Notes: generated by a model not told the origin, from the letters alone. A DNA stretch of 64,000 nucleotides from Paraspadella gotoi (GCA_051294375.1 CM119271.1:9696291-9760290), one strand, 5' to 3'. Shown: positions 40,690-54,200, counted from the first letter of the stretch. Translations and numbers: made by a program.

Positions 40690-43600
40690 TCCCGACTCCT
40701 ATCAGAGGATCCTTTTTTCGAGTTATGGTGAGAACCAGTCACCCGCGACGGACTTCTGGGACCTAAAGCGGATGCGCGAAATCATCAACCGTAGCCGACT
40801 TCCGCAACTCGCAAGTCTCGCATGGAGAAACACTCACCTGTTGTACGCAGATCAGGCGACGCCACTTCAGGCTTCGCCTACGACGACGACCATGGAGAAC
40901 GTCGCCGTCGAGTCCGTGACTGCTTAAACTACAAGACCTTGTACGAAAAGATGTTTGAAGAAGAACGAGGAGTTTTTGGGCGCGCAGGCTTTTAAAGCAC
41001 ACTTGCAGCCGCAAAATGGCATGATCGTTGGATTGCAAGCCGCCCAACGACGCAGCGACCGAAGCTTGGTCGCAGAGGAGAGAGAACACTGTTTCGCCGA
41101 TCGCGTTCGCTCCGCAATCGCGCTCGATGGGCTTGCCGGATAAGGGCTCGCTGTACTGAAGGAGGCGAAGAGAAGAACGACGTTGCGGATTTCCCAGAGA
41201 AATCCGGAAATGACCCGATTTCCCAGCGAGATTCGGTGAAGCTCCCTTTCGTCGAGAGCGTCCGCAATAAAAGGCTAGAGCGAAGGAAGCCCGCGGCTCT
41301 TCGACCTTGACTTCGACGAGTACCTACAACGCGGCTGATCTGCTTTCGCGCGCAGATATCTAACTTGGACTTCCTTCGTTGAATGACGGCGTTCGTACGA
41401 CTCGGACGTATAGGCTAGAAGGAGGTACCATCCCGCTGCTGTGAAACTCCATCTTCAACAGGACGTGAAAAGGGGATCTCGGACGGTTTCTTACAGAGGA
41501 AATCCGTAGACGAATTGCAGCCGAGATACAGCTCAGCATTATTTGAGCTATCCGCACCTCGCAACATCAATGGCATGGCTTGCAAAGTTTACATCAAGGT
41601 GGAGAAAGACAAGCTGGAGAACAGGGTTGCAGTACCTGAAAGAAGCCGTTGTCGATCACTAGTCTTTCGCGTCGAACAGGATCGCAAACACTATCAGACA
41701 TGCCTTTAAAAATTCCTCTACTGCGATCCTCCAAAATGCTTATCATATGACCCACGACGGTCTTTTCGTGCAGACCATGTTTTCGAAATGACAGACGCAC
41801 CTCATCCTTGTCCACGATGGCTGAGCCAAATAAATTGGCCAAACAAGGTTGAGGACGACCTGGAGAACAACAAAGCGCCTTTGGCTCTGTCGCTAAACTC
41901 AACGAACTGGTGGCATATTTCAAGAATCCCTCACGGTGCAATCGTTCCACGTTGTAGTGGCCACACATACACCGACCTATCAGCAGATGGTTTAATAAGC
42001 AGGGTCGAGATCTGAAGACAGTTTTGAAAGCATAGGTCTCTATGCGTTGACCGACCAACAGTCCCGATGGAGAGGCGGATGCAGTCGTTGTCCCAGTTCA
42101 AACCACTGTTCCTTACTTCCTTTGCTCGACATACAAAACCAGGCACGGCGGATGCAGATCGTGAGTATTTGACGTTCCATCGAAGCGAAATCTCGGCGTC
42201 TCATACTCCACTCGGCGGCGCCTTTGTTCTCCAGGAGAGGAGCCGCCCTGCAAGTGTCGTCGAAAAAGTCTATCTGAACATGATGAAGCGCCCGTCTTGA
42301 AGCATGATCCGCCGGGCTGGCTGCCTCCACACACTTTAACACTTCTCCTCTTTACCCGCGGAACCGGTTACCGTGAGATTCGACGCCAACCGCGTCAGCA
42401 AAACGTGATGGAAAAGAAACAAAGTCTTACGATAGGCAATGACATCTCCCGCAACCCGACGCTCGACCTACCCCACATGACGTTCAATGTCTACACGTTG
42501 TGTATTTTAGCATTGGGCGGGTTAGTATGGTCCGCCTTTCATATACCTAAGATGACCCACGTGCGCTTCAGTTCCATCCCCAAGCACTCACTCATTGTCA
42601 GTGTCGCTGTGCTGACGCTCACTGGTATTCATCCCCAATCCCTTGATGCCACCATCTAGAACTTCCAGAGGCGCCCGTTCCGTCGACTACTACATATCAA
42701 GTGGCCGATCGATCGCATGCACATCGATATCTACTCGTCCCACGACCCCGCAATCCGCAGCACATAACTCCATACCTGCGCTCAGCTCTCATGCGATCCC
42801 GACAACTTTGCTCGTGCCCCCCGTCGTCTCATCGCCTCAGGCGATATCGACCGTTACTCAATTGCCCACACAAAGAACTCCGATTCTTAGCCCTCACTCC
42901 CGACACCCACATACACAATCATGCCCTCCCGCGCCTCTCCGATTCCTAACTTGTATGGCCACCTCCGTTCGCCTCTCACATCGACCCTCCCTTATCGGCC
43001 TATCTTCAACTCCTTCCCTTGAGAACACTCGCAGTTGCGCTCTTAGTCACACAGCCTCCGCCGCGTTCTGTCGACCATGTCTCCTTCACCACCAATCCTC
43101 TTCGTCTGATCATGACAGAGCCTAGCCTGGAACCGAGGAAACTCGACTTCTCTCCAAATCTTCTTACAGTATTCCGACACCGCACCAACCAACCATCAAT
43201 ACGCCGATACAGCTGGCTCCTCGTCTCTGCCCTTATCTCGATCCACAGACATCACACCCCTCATTTCTCCCTTATCTGCAACCTCGATTCGATCCATTCA
43301 CGCGTATAGTGACCATCCTCAGCATCTACCTGCCTCTTCTGCGACCCCTTCATCCTTCATAGTAGCCTGTCGACATTGAGTATTTCTGTGTGCCGCTCGC
43401 ATGCTCAACTTTACTCAGTCGCATCACACTTCTCATCGCCTGCCACGTCCTGTGTACGGAGCTACCTCCATTCCCCGGGGCGGTCCTACGACACTGCCAC
43501 GCAACCATTCCATCTATCTTGTGTACAAAGAAATGCGCAGATACTTTACCCGACTCGCCGTCGACGAGATGTCGCTGCAGTCTGCGCGTAGCACGTTCAT

Positions 43601-43870
43601 TTTCGAACTGATCGACGCAGCGACCCGGCCACCCAGAAGGCCGACTCGGACATGCTCAATTGCTTCAGGGGTCGACCCCTATTCCTTACATCAAAGACCT
43701 CATGGACAAAGCGATCAAAGTCTCCGCGGCCGACGTGGAGCGAGTCGTCGATCGGCGCCTTCGCCCGCTCTTCAACGGAGGAAACGTGAGCATCATCGTC
43801 GCCGCCAATCCCTCCAAAGTCGACGGCATCGTCGAGGGATTCGGAGACTTTGGGCGTCGACGTTACTCGC
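40690..43870 (+). pseudogene. C-terminal part of an M16 (insulinase-family) peptidase-like gene, C05D11.1/Sdd3-like; frameshifted, probably by read errors
   Basis: Collinear fragments: WDLKRMREIINRSRLPQLASL; KKNEEF; LKEAKEKNDVA-like; YIKVEKDK; YKEMRRYFTRLAVDEMSLQSARSTFIFELID; KVSAADVERVVDRRLRPLFNGGNVSIIVAANPSKVDGIVEGFGDFG. These resemble the family C-terminus as recalled from memory. The HxxEH N-terminus was not seen. Confidence 0.55.
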
Positions 43871-44665
43871 GTCACCGTCGAGTCGATCGTCGGGACGCTG
43901 TGACGAATTGAGCGAATGTCGCGGAACGGAAGTCCTCACGTTTTCCGAGTTTGAACAAGACGTACATATTTCTCCAGACTTAGTTGTCAACCAAAAATAA
44001 CTTTTTCATTAACATTACACAATACACATTTTTTACTCAATTTTCTCGGTATTGAATGTCGTATGGCCATTATCATTTTCTACTAGATTCGCAGTTGTCT
44101 ACGTCGATAATAAAAAAAATCATAGACGGCATTTAGATATTCCTTAGGCAAAAAATGTTTTGGTAGCATTGCAATGATACTTAAACAATAAACATGTTGC
44201 GAATCAAACGAAATATCGTTGTTTTTTTTTTTACATTGGAGGCTCGACAATTTGTTTTAACTTAATCGTTTTTTACATTTTTCAGACGTGAATTTAAATC
44301 TTTTTAAAAAGTAATTTACGTATGTTTGTTCAAAATTTCAGTTCCGAGGCTTAAGAACTGATTTCGTTATTACTGTTGCCTCCATTTTTTTTGTTTCGAT
44401 TCACGAGACGGTGTTGTAGACTTAGGAAATATCTTTAATTTTTCTTAATCTTATTTCTTGATACATGTGTATCAAGTTAAATGATTTCGAATTATCGGGC
44501 GTTTCCCTTTCGTTTCGCCCGCTTTCACTTGCCCAATAGTTTTAACAAACCGCATTTATTTTTTTTTTTATTTTCAACGTTAACTTCATTTTTAACTGCC
44601 CTTAAAAAATTTCAAAGAAAATTTTAAAACTTACCATTTTCGTTGTTTAAATGTTGTTAACATGA

Positions 44666-47453
44666 TTCTATCATGTCGCTCCTCTCCACCACGTAGTTTG
44701 CTCTTTGTTCCAGATGTCGTGTTGTCCACAAGAAAGGACAAAAGAAAAAACGGAAAAGCAGGATCCTCCTGCTCTTCCTCCTCCTGCTCTTCCTCCTCTC
44801 AGATACTAGCTCAGCGAAAGCGAACGCCACGAAATCACTTTTTTTGTTCACGACTTGTCGTTCACAGGTTTTTGAATATTTTTGAAATTTTTGAAATTTT
44901 TTTCTGCAATTATTTTGGAAATAATTTGATACTACGGAAATTCTTTTTTCCCTTCCGAGATTGTTTCGATTCAGTTTGGGGTGAATCTCGAGGTCCGGTT
45001 TCGGTTTATTGTCAAGATGTCCGAGTCTCGCAAACCGAAATCGAGGCCCGCGTAAAAGCGGTCAAAAAGCGAGCGAGCGGGCCCGGAAATGGGTCTGACT
45101 CCGGAGCCGCCCGACGTTTTAGGGGCTTGTTCTCCGCTTCCTCCACCTCCCGTAACGGCCTCTGTTCTCCTCCGCGGGTGAACATGCGCTAGGCGCGCCC
45201 GAGGTCCGCGACCCCGCCGCTGGGTTCTTCCCTGGTGGGCTCGAGGCCGGGTGCACCGACTTATTCATCGGCGTATGGTGGTAGGGGAGAGGACGTGGTG
45301 CATTCGCCTACAAAGGACTCGGCTCTTAGCGGTGAAAACGAATCAACTTGGCATGATAACAGGAGGGATTCGCCTTCTTTCAGCAGCAGTGGAGGAGTTT
45401 CAACCGTTCCTTGCGATCGAGTATGGCTTCGTGGCAACGGTGAGTTGATGTTCTCTATTTGTGATTTTTGCCTTTTTGGCATACATTAGTGAATTTTTTC
45501 GATTATTTTCGCTCCAACCAATTCGACTTTGTCTTGTTTTTTGTTTTTATCCTCGCCGCTCTTGTTACTGGAGCAACTACGTGGTGGAGAGGAGCGACAT
45601 GATAGAATTTATGGTTCCAAATGGGAACCGGGATTCTTCATGGCTCCTCTCCACCACGTGGTCTCCCGCCGTCCACCCCTGGCAACCACCGGTGGTGGAG
45701 GGCGGCTTCGGGGGTTTTTTTGTCTTTTTTGGTTGCGCTTATCTAATCAGTTTTTTCTTTTTCCTTTTCATGTACGATGTTCATGGCTCCTGGAATTTCA
45801 CTTTTGTCTCCGCATCAACCTTCTACTGCTGCTGCTGATTCGTTTCCAGTGATCAAGTCCGCGCTTCTCTGCGCCAAAGACTTGTCATGCTAACCCGGCT
45901 CTTCTAAGTCGGGATATGGAGTTAGTTCGTCTCAATCTACTTTTCTGCAAATGCCATTGCACCGGACGATGATTCATCTGGTTCGGAGGAAGGCGAACTC
46001 TCTTCCACTTCTGATGCTCCAGTGGGATTTGAGACTTTTATTCCCAAACGCAAGACTGCATCAGTTCCTTCGGAGTGGGTGTGTCAGCAATGGAGGAGCT
46101 GCGTTCTGTTGGTTCTTCCGGACGCTCGCCAAGGGTTGGGAGCCCGGTCAACGCAGATCTATTTATGCTCGATGGGTTGATGGATCTTCCCCTGCTGTCT
46201 TTGGACCTCCCATGAAGGATACTTGTCTCTGCACAATTTGATGCCGTTTCCAAGGATCGCAAATCGGCTGCTCTTTTCAAGCAGCTCACTCGCTCTATGA
46301 GAGATGCAGGGCCGTAGCTCATTCTGTCCTTCACACTGCAGAAGGCCTGAAGTTTATCATTGCGTCTCTCAAAGCTTCTGGCGCAGATCCCGAACTTATT
46401 TTGGACTTGAGACTTTGGCTGCTCCACTCAAGGATGCAGCTTCAATGTCCGGCGTTTTCTTTTAATTCAGCTTTGGCTGAATCTCGACGTCTGGTAGTGC
46501 AGTCTTCTCCGAAGGAGCTTAAAGCTACACTGACGGATTCCCCTCCTTCTGTGGATTTTTATTTTGGGAATCGTTCGACGGAGGTTTTCTGCGGCTATCC
46601 ATTCCTCTCTTTCAAGGCTCAAGCTTTTCGCCCCAGAAATAATGCAGCTCCGCGGAAGAAGTTTGCTAAGTCCAGGGGTTCCTACAAGCCTTATCGCAAG
46701 TCCGCGTCCTTTAGGCGTTCGGAAAGGGGGATGGAGCGGCGTCGAAGGACTCCAAATGACTTCCTTTGACGCCCCCTCGGCCGTCGCCTCGTCCGGCCGC
46801 TTTGGACATAAGACATGGATCTGTCAGGACTCGATTTTGTCTTCTCCGGCCCGTCTTCCGACTTCCCGGTGGGAGGGCGCTTGCAACACTTCGTCCCTTT
46901 TTGGGCGGATTTGGTCGGACAGGATTCTCCTATTCTACAAAACGTGAGGTTTCCTCATTGCAGGAGCGAACAGGATTCCTACCAGAATGCCTCTCCCTTC
47001 GGACGAGACCCCTTCTTTTGGGGACAGGGACTCTCTCATCGACGACGAGATAGCGGCAGCTTTGGAAAAGGGTGCGTGGAGGAGGTGGAGCCTTCTCCGG
47101 GGTATTATTTCAAGATTTTTCTGGTTTCCCCAAAAAGATGGGGGATGAGGCCGATTCTAAATTTGAAGAAGCTCAACAAGTCCTTCATTGTCCCTCCTTA
47201 CTTCCGGATGAAGGTTGTCAAGATGTTCGGAAGATGGTTCTTCCGGGGGACTGGGCGTCGTCTATCGACCTTCGCGACGCTATCTCCACTTGCCTCTTCA
47301 TGTGGATCATCGGCAAGTTTTGTCGGTTCATTTGGAGAGGGCGCGTTTATCAGTACAGAAGTTTCGACTGTCGCTGTTTGGCAACCGGTCTTCCATTCTA
47401 ACCAAGTTCATCGCACGCCCGATTAATCGTCCTGGCTTCCGGAAGGGGTATTA
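44666..47453 (+). mobile_element. DIRS1-type (tyrosine recombinase) retrotransposon, 3'-truncated: terminal repeat, degenerate gag-like region, RT N-terminal half
   Basis: PVGGRLQHFVPFW...GCVEEVEPSPGYYFKIFLVSPKRWGMRPILNLKKLNK...PYFRM, then LPGDWASSIDLRDA, YLHLPLH and FIWRGRVYQYR (46815-47450) are characteristic of DIRS RT. The RT breaks off before YLDD. Confidence 0.8.
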
Positions 47454-47456
47454 GTT

Positions 47457-47809
47457 TGAAGTGACATTTGTTTAGACTTACCTTTGGAGCCCCAGTCAGT
47501 GATAGTGCCCTCTGTGGGTATGGGCACGAAACTTACCCCATGTGGTAAGTTAGAAGCCAGATTTTGGACGCCACGCTATGAAGCCCCCTCCTCCCTTTGT
47601 TCTCTCTGGGCTTCCTCTCTACCTCGTGCTTCTCTTCCCTCTTTCCCTCTCTCCTCTCTCTACCCTTGCTCCTGCTTCTCACGCGGTATTAGATTTTAAC
47701 TCCTGCTTCCATTTTTTAACATCAATCTGGATAATTAAAAGGTAAATACCCACGCGTAACTCGGTCATGTATTAATTAATTATTTTAGATAACTACACAT
47801 TAAACTATT
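47457..47809 (+). repeat. Putative 5' LTR (or part) of the giant Gypsy element
   Basis: Non-coding block between the DIRS RT breakpoint and a PBS-like motif. No second copy is found in the window, so the boundaries are inferred. Confidence 0.35.
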
Positions 47810-47818
47810 TGGTGGCAG
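47810..47818 (+). promoter_or_regulatory. Putative primer binding site (TGGTGGCAG, tRNA-Leu-like)
   Basis: TGGTGGCAG, ~400 bp upstream of the polyprotein ATG, is complementary to a tRNA 3' end CUGCCACCA. The clear match is only 9 nt. Confidence 0.45.
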
Positions 47819-48221
47819 TTTGTGATACGTTATTCTTTTAATTAATAAAAATTCAGATTTTTGTTAATTGGGGGGTAAGTGAGTTATATCTACCGTTCTC
47901 TTTTTCCCCTCCCTTTCCCTAAAAGATCGCGTTTACTGCAAAAACTGCTTACAATGCGCGAAAAAAAACAATAAACCAAAAATCAAAATTCGAAAATTAA
48001 AAACTAAAAATAAAAACCGATATCGGCGTCAAACTTTGACACCAACCACGTTTTGACGAACAGTGACGAGTTTCCATCGTTTTAATAAATTTCATCATTT
48101 AAAACTCTCGAAACTNNNNNNNNNNNNNNNNNNNNNNNNNGTCTTAATCTCGAATTTAAAATAAAAATCTTTTTAAAAAATCACATATAAACGTTCAACC
48201 CTAATCTCTAAACCTTCAACA

Positions 48222-51200
48222 ATGGATTCGGAAACTGGTTCCGAAAACAACGGCGGGGATGCGAGATGCATCACCGAGATCGATGCCGGAGGCGCGGCGT
48301 CGGCGGACGCGATCGTCGGTGGCGGCGGAGAAAGTGCGTCAGCGGCTGGATCAAGCGCCGGCGGTCGTGGGCGACTGGCGGAGATCACGGAGGAGTCGTC
48401 TGAAAGTGGCGACGACGAAAGTGGCGACGACGAAAATGGCGGCGTGGCCGGCGCGGAGGCGCCGTCGTCTACGGGCGAAAGATTGGAAACCGAAAGTGTT
48501 CCAAAGAAGAAAGGATGGTTTTCTCGCTTCTTTAAGCGGGCAAACAAACAACATCAACCTACGAATGTCATCAAAGTAAGAGGCGGGGTCGAATTAGCGG
48601 CTCTAGATGAAATTTTCGTTTTCAAGACTGAAACTAATTATTGCTTAAGAGATTTTTGTGGGCGCAAATGCGCAATTTTACCTATTGGGGGGTATACGAA
48701 AAAAGATTGTCAACCAATTAAGGGATATTTTGATTATTTTACTGTAGAGAATTTTGAAAGAGAAAATTTTTTAAAATCTAAACTTGGAGATGTTGCCACA
48801 GAGAAAGATGGCGCTGGCAACTATTGGATTTTTGGGTTAAAAAACTATGTTTTTGTTAAAAGTTGTACCAAATGTAAAACTGGTGTTTGTACTATTGATC
48901 ATCATTTTCTTGCACTAGTGCAAGACCTTTTCGACCATAGAGACGAACACGGACCGATCGGAATCGCGGATCTTGATTTGGGTCATTTCACGCGCAAAAA
49001 ACGCGTGCGTTTGAACCCTGATCTTGAGATGCAGCCGGTCAGTGACGGACTGACTCCGACGAACACAAATCGACTTGACGAAAAATTTGAGTGTTTGACG
49101 GCGGTTGCTGCGTGTGGTGAATGGGCACGTCCGTACGTGCTTGCACAAGGTTCGATCGACGCGGAGGTTTGTCGTTTTGTCTGTGAGAATCTTTTCCCAA
49201 ACGGCGAAGTTAAAGGGGATAACAAAAACGGATTTGTTTACAACACAACTCCCACTTTACCATCTAATATCTTGAGTTATTTCGTTCATGTCTCATATGA
49301 AATAAATCAAGATCCACTGTATGCTCTTAACCATCTACTAAAGCATAGTTACCCACGAGATATGGGGGTAGAGAATGGTACACGTCTTTTTGCTTTCCTT
49401 CTTTATTCTACTTGGATCAACCTCTTGATCAACCGTAACAAAGAATTAGATTCTCTCTTTCGTTCTGACATGTTACAAGAATTTTCCCTACACGAATTCG
49501 GGCTAACAAAAGAACTACTAACACCGATAGGAATTTATTCTCAGTTGATACGGAAAATTGTCGAGGACAGAATTCATAACAGATGTGAATTGTTAAGAAA
49601 TGATTTGGAAACAGGTAAGATTAACAATTCGGATCTAGTTTTTGATGAATGTTCAGGCAGATTTCTCCAGCATGGAGAACCAATCTCTATTGTTGAGTTA
49701 GTGAATCACGTGGATTTCCCAGCAATGGGAGAAAATCAGCTCTCAGTGAAAGGAGTTTTTTTCCATGATTTTGCACAACTACTGGAGTCACTTGGAGATG
49801 AAAATCTCCAGAAGCGGAACATCGACGCGGATGTGACAGTAAAGCTTGTTCAGCTTTCTTCAGAAGCTGACTTGGAATGGTTTGAACATAAGGACGCGTT
49901 GACCAATGTGATGAAAAGTCCGATGCTGAAGCTGGAAGAGGCCAGGGTTAAGCCTCTTGTCCGGGTTGAGCATGAATTGGAAGACCCAGTCTTGGCTCCT
50001 CCCGCAGCTTTTCAGGATCGCGATGCAATTTCTCCATCACGGCGAATGGCTGCTCGTTTCTCCATTTATGAGGATGAAACAACCCATGGACGAGTTTCAA
50101 CCTCTCCAATGCAGCGACGCAAGAACCGTCCTCTATCTGAAAAGAATGAAAAACCGGTTGAAGCGGATCTCTTTCTTCTTGGTGGAAAAATAATAAAGGT
50201 AAGCCCACCTTCTTCTCCCCGTGGTAATGGCCGAGGTTACGAAAGGCGACGTCGTCGTCAGGCCTCTCGTGTCTTGCCCATGGACTACAGTGGAGATGAG
50301 GATGACCAAATGGGTGTCCTTTGGGAAGAGAAGCTGCTCCCGGCGAGGAAGGATTGTGCGGAACCGAAGGTAATGGATGCTGTCAATCAATCAGCTGATG
50401 AAGACCATGATGCGATCGAATTTGCCGCAAGAACCGAACCTAAGTCAAAAAAGAAAAAGATTAAAATTACTAATTGCCCTCAATGCAAGGTTTTCGGAGT
50501 TATTGAATGCCTAGGTGAATTGGTGCATGAAGATATCTCACCCGTCACTGATGATGGCAATGATAGTGAAAAACCATTTAGACATACAATAAATACTATT
50601 TTTGATCTTGATGATTTGCAAAAGGGTCGCGTGACAAGACCTAAAGAAAAGACGAGGAAATCGGACAAAACGGTCGTGGGGGGAGTATTGAAGAGGCGGG
50701 ATCCAAGAACATCTACACCAGCCAATGGTTTGGATGACGACCCCGCATATTCAACCCTTTTGTCCGTGATAAGAAGAAAACAACTCGAAGACGAAAAAGC
50801 CAAGGATCAGAGAAAGGATTCGGATAGTGACTCTGATGAATTTGGCCATACAAAGTACCCAAATGACGACATGGATCTTGAAACCAGATCTATGCCAAGG
50901 CGGCAAAGGCACAAAAGCCGTTCGCCTGATAAAGCTTTTGAGGACTTTATCAAAAACAATCGCAAGTTACAACGGGTGCAATTTGAAGAGGAAGACAAAA
51001 TCCACAAAAAAATTACACAAAACAGTAATTTGGTCACGGCAGATTATACTGTGCCTAAACGACCATTTTTTGACCCATCGAGGAAAGGCAAGCTATCAGA
51101 TGCAGAGAAAAACTACTTTTTTGATAGCTCAATCCGTCTTGGTCAAGGATCGCAAGATCTTGGGAACCCCAATCCCCAAGACTTGCAGATGGAAGATGGT

Positions 51201-54200
51201 GAACAAATAGAGCTAAGGATGAGAAGACATGCACATGCCATGGATTACAAAGCTCTGCATGGAAGAAAGGCAGTGACATGCAAAAAAGGCCATGATCTTG
51301 TCGCCCGAGGAGAGTTGGATCATAGCAAGCACTGGATCTGCGATGAATGCAACGACGATCACCCAGCCATAGTTATGCGCTATGGTTGTGTTCTTTGTGA
51401 TTTTGATCTGTGCATTAACTGTGCAGAAAAAAGGAAATCTCTAGGCAAGAATGACACTGATTCAATGTCATCTCTTGCGAGAAGGCTTGGTGGAATGAAA
51501 ATCGCAGACAAATCGTGCAGCAAACGAGGTGGACAAGAGCGTGGTGAAACTCGCCGTCGACTATCAAAAAACCGAGATAGTGATGAGGAGGAATGTAAAG
51601 ACTTTGACAAGAGACCCGACTTCAAACCATCATGGAGCAGGCGCGACGGTCGCGAGGATCGCAATAGTGATGACCGGGATCGTGATGGTGGTGACCGAAA
51701 GCCTGATCTCAGGTTGGGGTCGAGAGATCATGATGATTATGATCGTGATGGTGATGGTGAAGATTATGATGGGCCTGGGAAACCCTATATTGACAGAAGA
51801 TCAAGACGCATGGAATATCAACATCGTTCTCCGCAGGATAGCCTTTCTTTTCGCCTCAAGCTGGTTGGTCCATTCCCAAAATATAATGGACCTCCTGAGG
51901 ATTTTAGGCGATGGTTTGACTTTCTAAACAGCACTGTGCGCTACCTTCGTCTGAAGGAAGATGACAAAAGAATGTACCTTATCAATCATATTGGAGGAAC
52001 TGATAGGAGAAATAAGGTGATGGACGAAATGAGAGAGTACAACAATTTGTCATTTGAGGAAGTCGGAGTGAGATTGTCGTTGATGTTTGGCTCAAAATCA
52101 CGTGAGACAATAATGGCTGAGGCCGAGTCGATTCAAAGAATAGATGGAGAATCAATTAACTCATTTGGACTGCGCGTCAAGGAAGCAGTAACTGCTTTCT
52201 ATCTCTCATTCCCTGAAGGAGAAAATCAGTTGGGATCTGAAATGTACGAAAGGTTAGCCCTTCAGTATTTCACAAGGGGTTTGAGGAGCAAATATCTTGC
52301 CAGGATATATATTTTGAAGGAAGCCAAGTCCATCAAAGAAGCTATAATTCTGATTCAAAATCGAATGGCGCAAGAAATGAGACTGAATCCTGAACTAAAG
52401 GATGATATTTCTACCAGCAAGGACAAGGGTCAGTTTAAAGATTACAATACAGGAAAATTTTTCGTAAATGCAATTGGCGATCATTTTCAATCAGGCGAAT
52501 TAGACCAATATGGAAATGTGTTCATGCCGCAAAGCGAAATCAATCACATTGGAGGCCATGGCCAGAGGACAAGCACTGGAAACTCTTGTTACAATTGTGG
52601 TGGTCGAATTCACTCTCATGGCGAGGAATGCCCTGCAAAAAATGCACAATGTTGGGCATGTAAAGGTATGGGACACTTTGGAAGAGTCTGCAAAAGAGGC
52701 GTTACACCGGCTCAAGTGATCAGAAGTGAAAAAGTGTCACGCCAGAAGTACAATGAGAAGAAGACAATCAACGCTATTGAAGATGGTGCTGTCCCTATTG
52801 GATCTTCATCGGAAGAATCTGGAAGTGATGATGAAGAAGAAGAAGTTTATGTCATCAAGAAAAGGGATGGCAAATTCCGCTTCAAAAATAGAAAGCGTGT
52901 CAATGTTATTCAAGAGGAGCAGGTTAATGCCGTCAGCAATTTGCCATTCTTGCATGCTGGCATGGTGGATCGTGATGGCAAGTCCTGTACGGCTAAGATT
53001 CTTGTTGATACCGGAGCCTCAGTCTCACTAGTTCATAAGGATTTTTTGGATCGTGGGAGGCTGCTCTGCGACACAATTGAATACACCGCAGTGATTTCAG
53101 GATTTGCAGGTCAACCAGTTTCGACAAATCAAAAGGTTAAGCTAAAACTTGATCTTCCACAAGCTGGACTCACTGAAGAACTTCAGTTTGTCCTTTATCA
53201 TGGAAAACTTGGATATGACGCAATCCTAGGTTTTGATATGCAACGAATCTTGGACCTGACGATTGTACACAAGCCGAAATTGAGCTTTATGTACAAACAG
53301 GTGCCCGTTCAAGTGAATTCCTTTGCTGACCCTATACAATTGGAGCAAGAGGTGCATGTTGTGCAGACAGCAAAAAAGGGTAAAAGGAATGCCAAGAGAA
53401 ATCCGGAAAAGGCAAAAGAGAATCCGGAAAAGGATATTGAGGAAGCCCTAAACTGCTCAAAAACTTTGAGTGAGGTAACCTTGCTAAAAAATGATATCTT
53501 CTTCATGCCAATTGGAAATGTTGGAATAATTCCCGGGTTATACAAGTTAAGCCTTAATACGGAATGGCACATGCGTGGTTTGCGTCTGGTGGAAGAGGAA
53601 ATAGCATTTGTGCCAAAAAATACCCGATCAGAAGAAGTCCGCGCAATTCTTAGCCTTAAATTTATTGGAAACAAGAACAACCGGCTGTCAATTCCTTTGG
53701 ATGCTCCCCTAGGAAAATTGACCCCCATAAAGCAACAGGAGGAAATAAAAAGTGAACAACCAAAAACTCCAAAGGTCGAGGTATTGAATGGTCTTGAAGT
53801 CAGAGAAAAACTGAATGCTGATCAAGACACCATTTATGTCTACCCAAAGAAGGCTGTTGTTACAAAGGAACAGGCAGAAGGGGTAAAGACGGCACAACAA
53901 AGAAGAAAGAAACTCTGGACGAGAGCTCAATTCATTGAAAAGACAGAATCATGGCTGAATCAGGTCCCTGAAAAATTTCGTGATGATTTATTGGATATCA
54001 TGGAGGAATTTTCGGAGGTCTTTCTTCATGATATGGATGACCTAAAAGAAGGAGTGTTGGGTTGGGAACTGGCCGCGGAATTCCCTGGGAATCTGCATTG
54101 GGCCTCTCGATACAAAGGAGCAAGTCCAACTGTCAGACTCATCTGCAAAAGGAGTCAAGAAATCCTAGTGAGATGTGGAATTTTTGAACCAGCAGAAAAT

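Noticed and set aside
42350-43400. ORFs such as 42297-42659 and 42643-43125
   Set aside because: C-rich, motif-free sequence inside a frameshifted gene; looks like a low-quality read segment.
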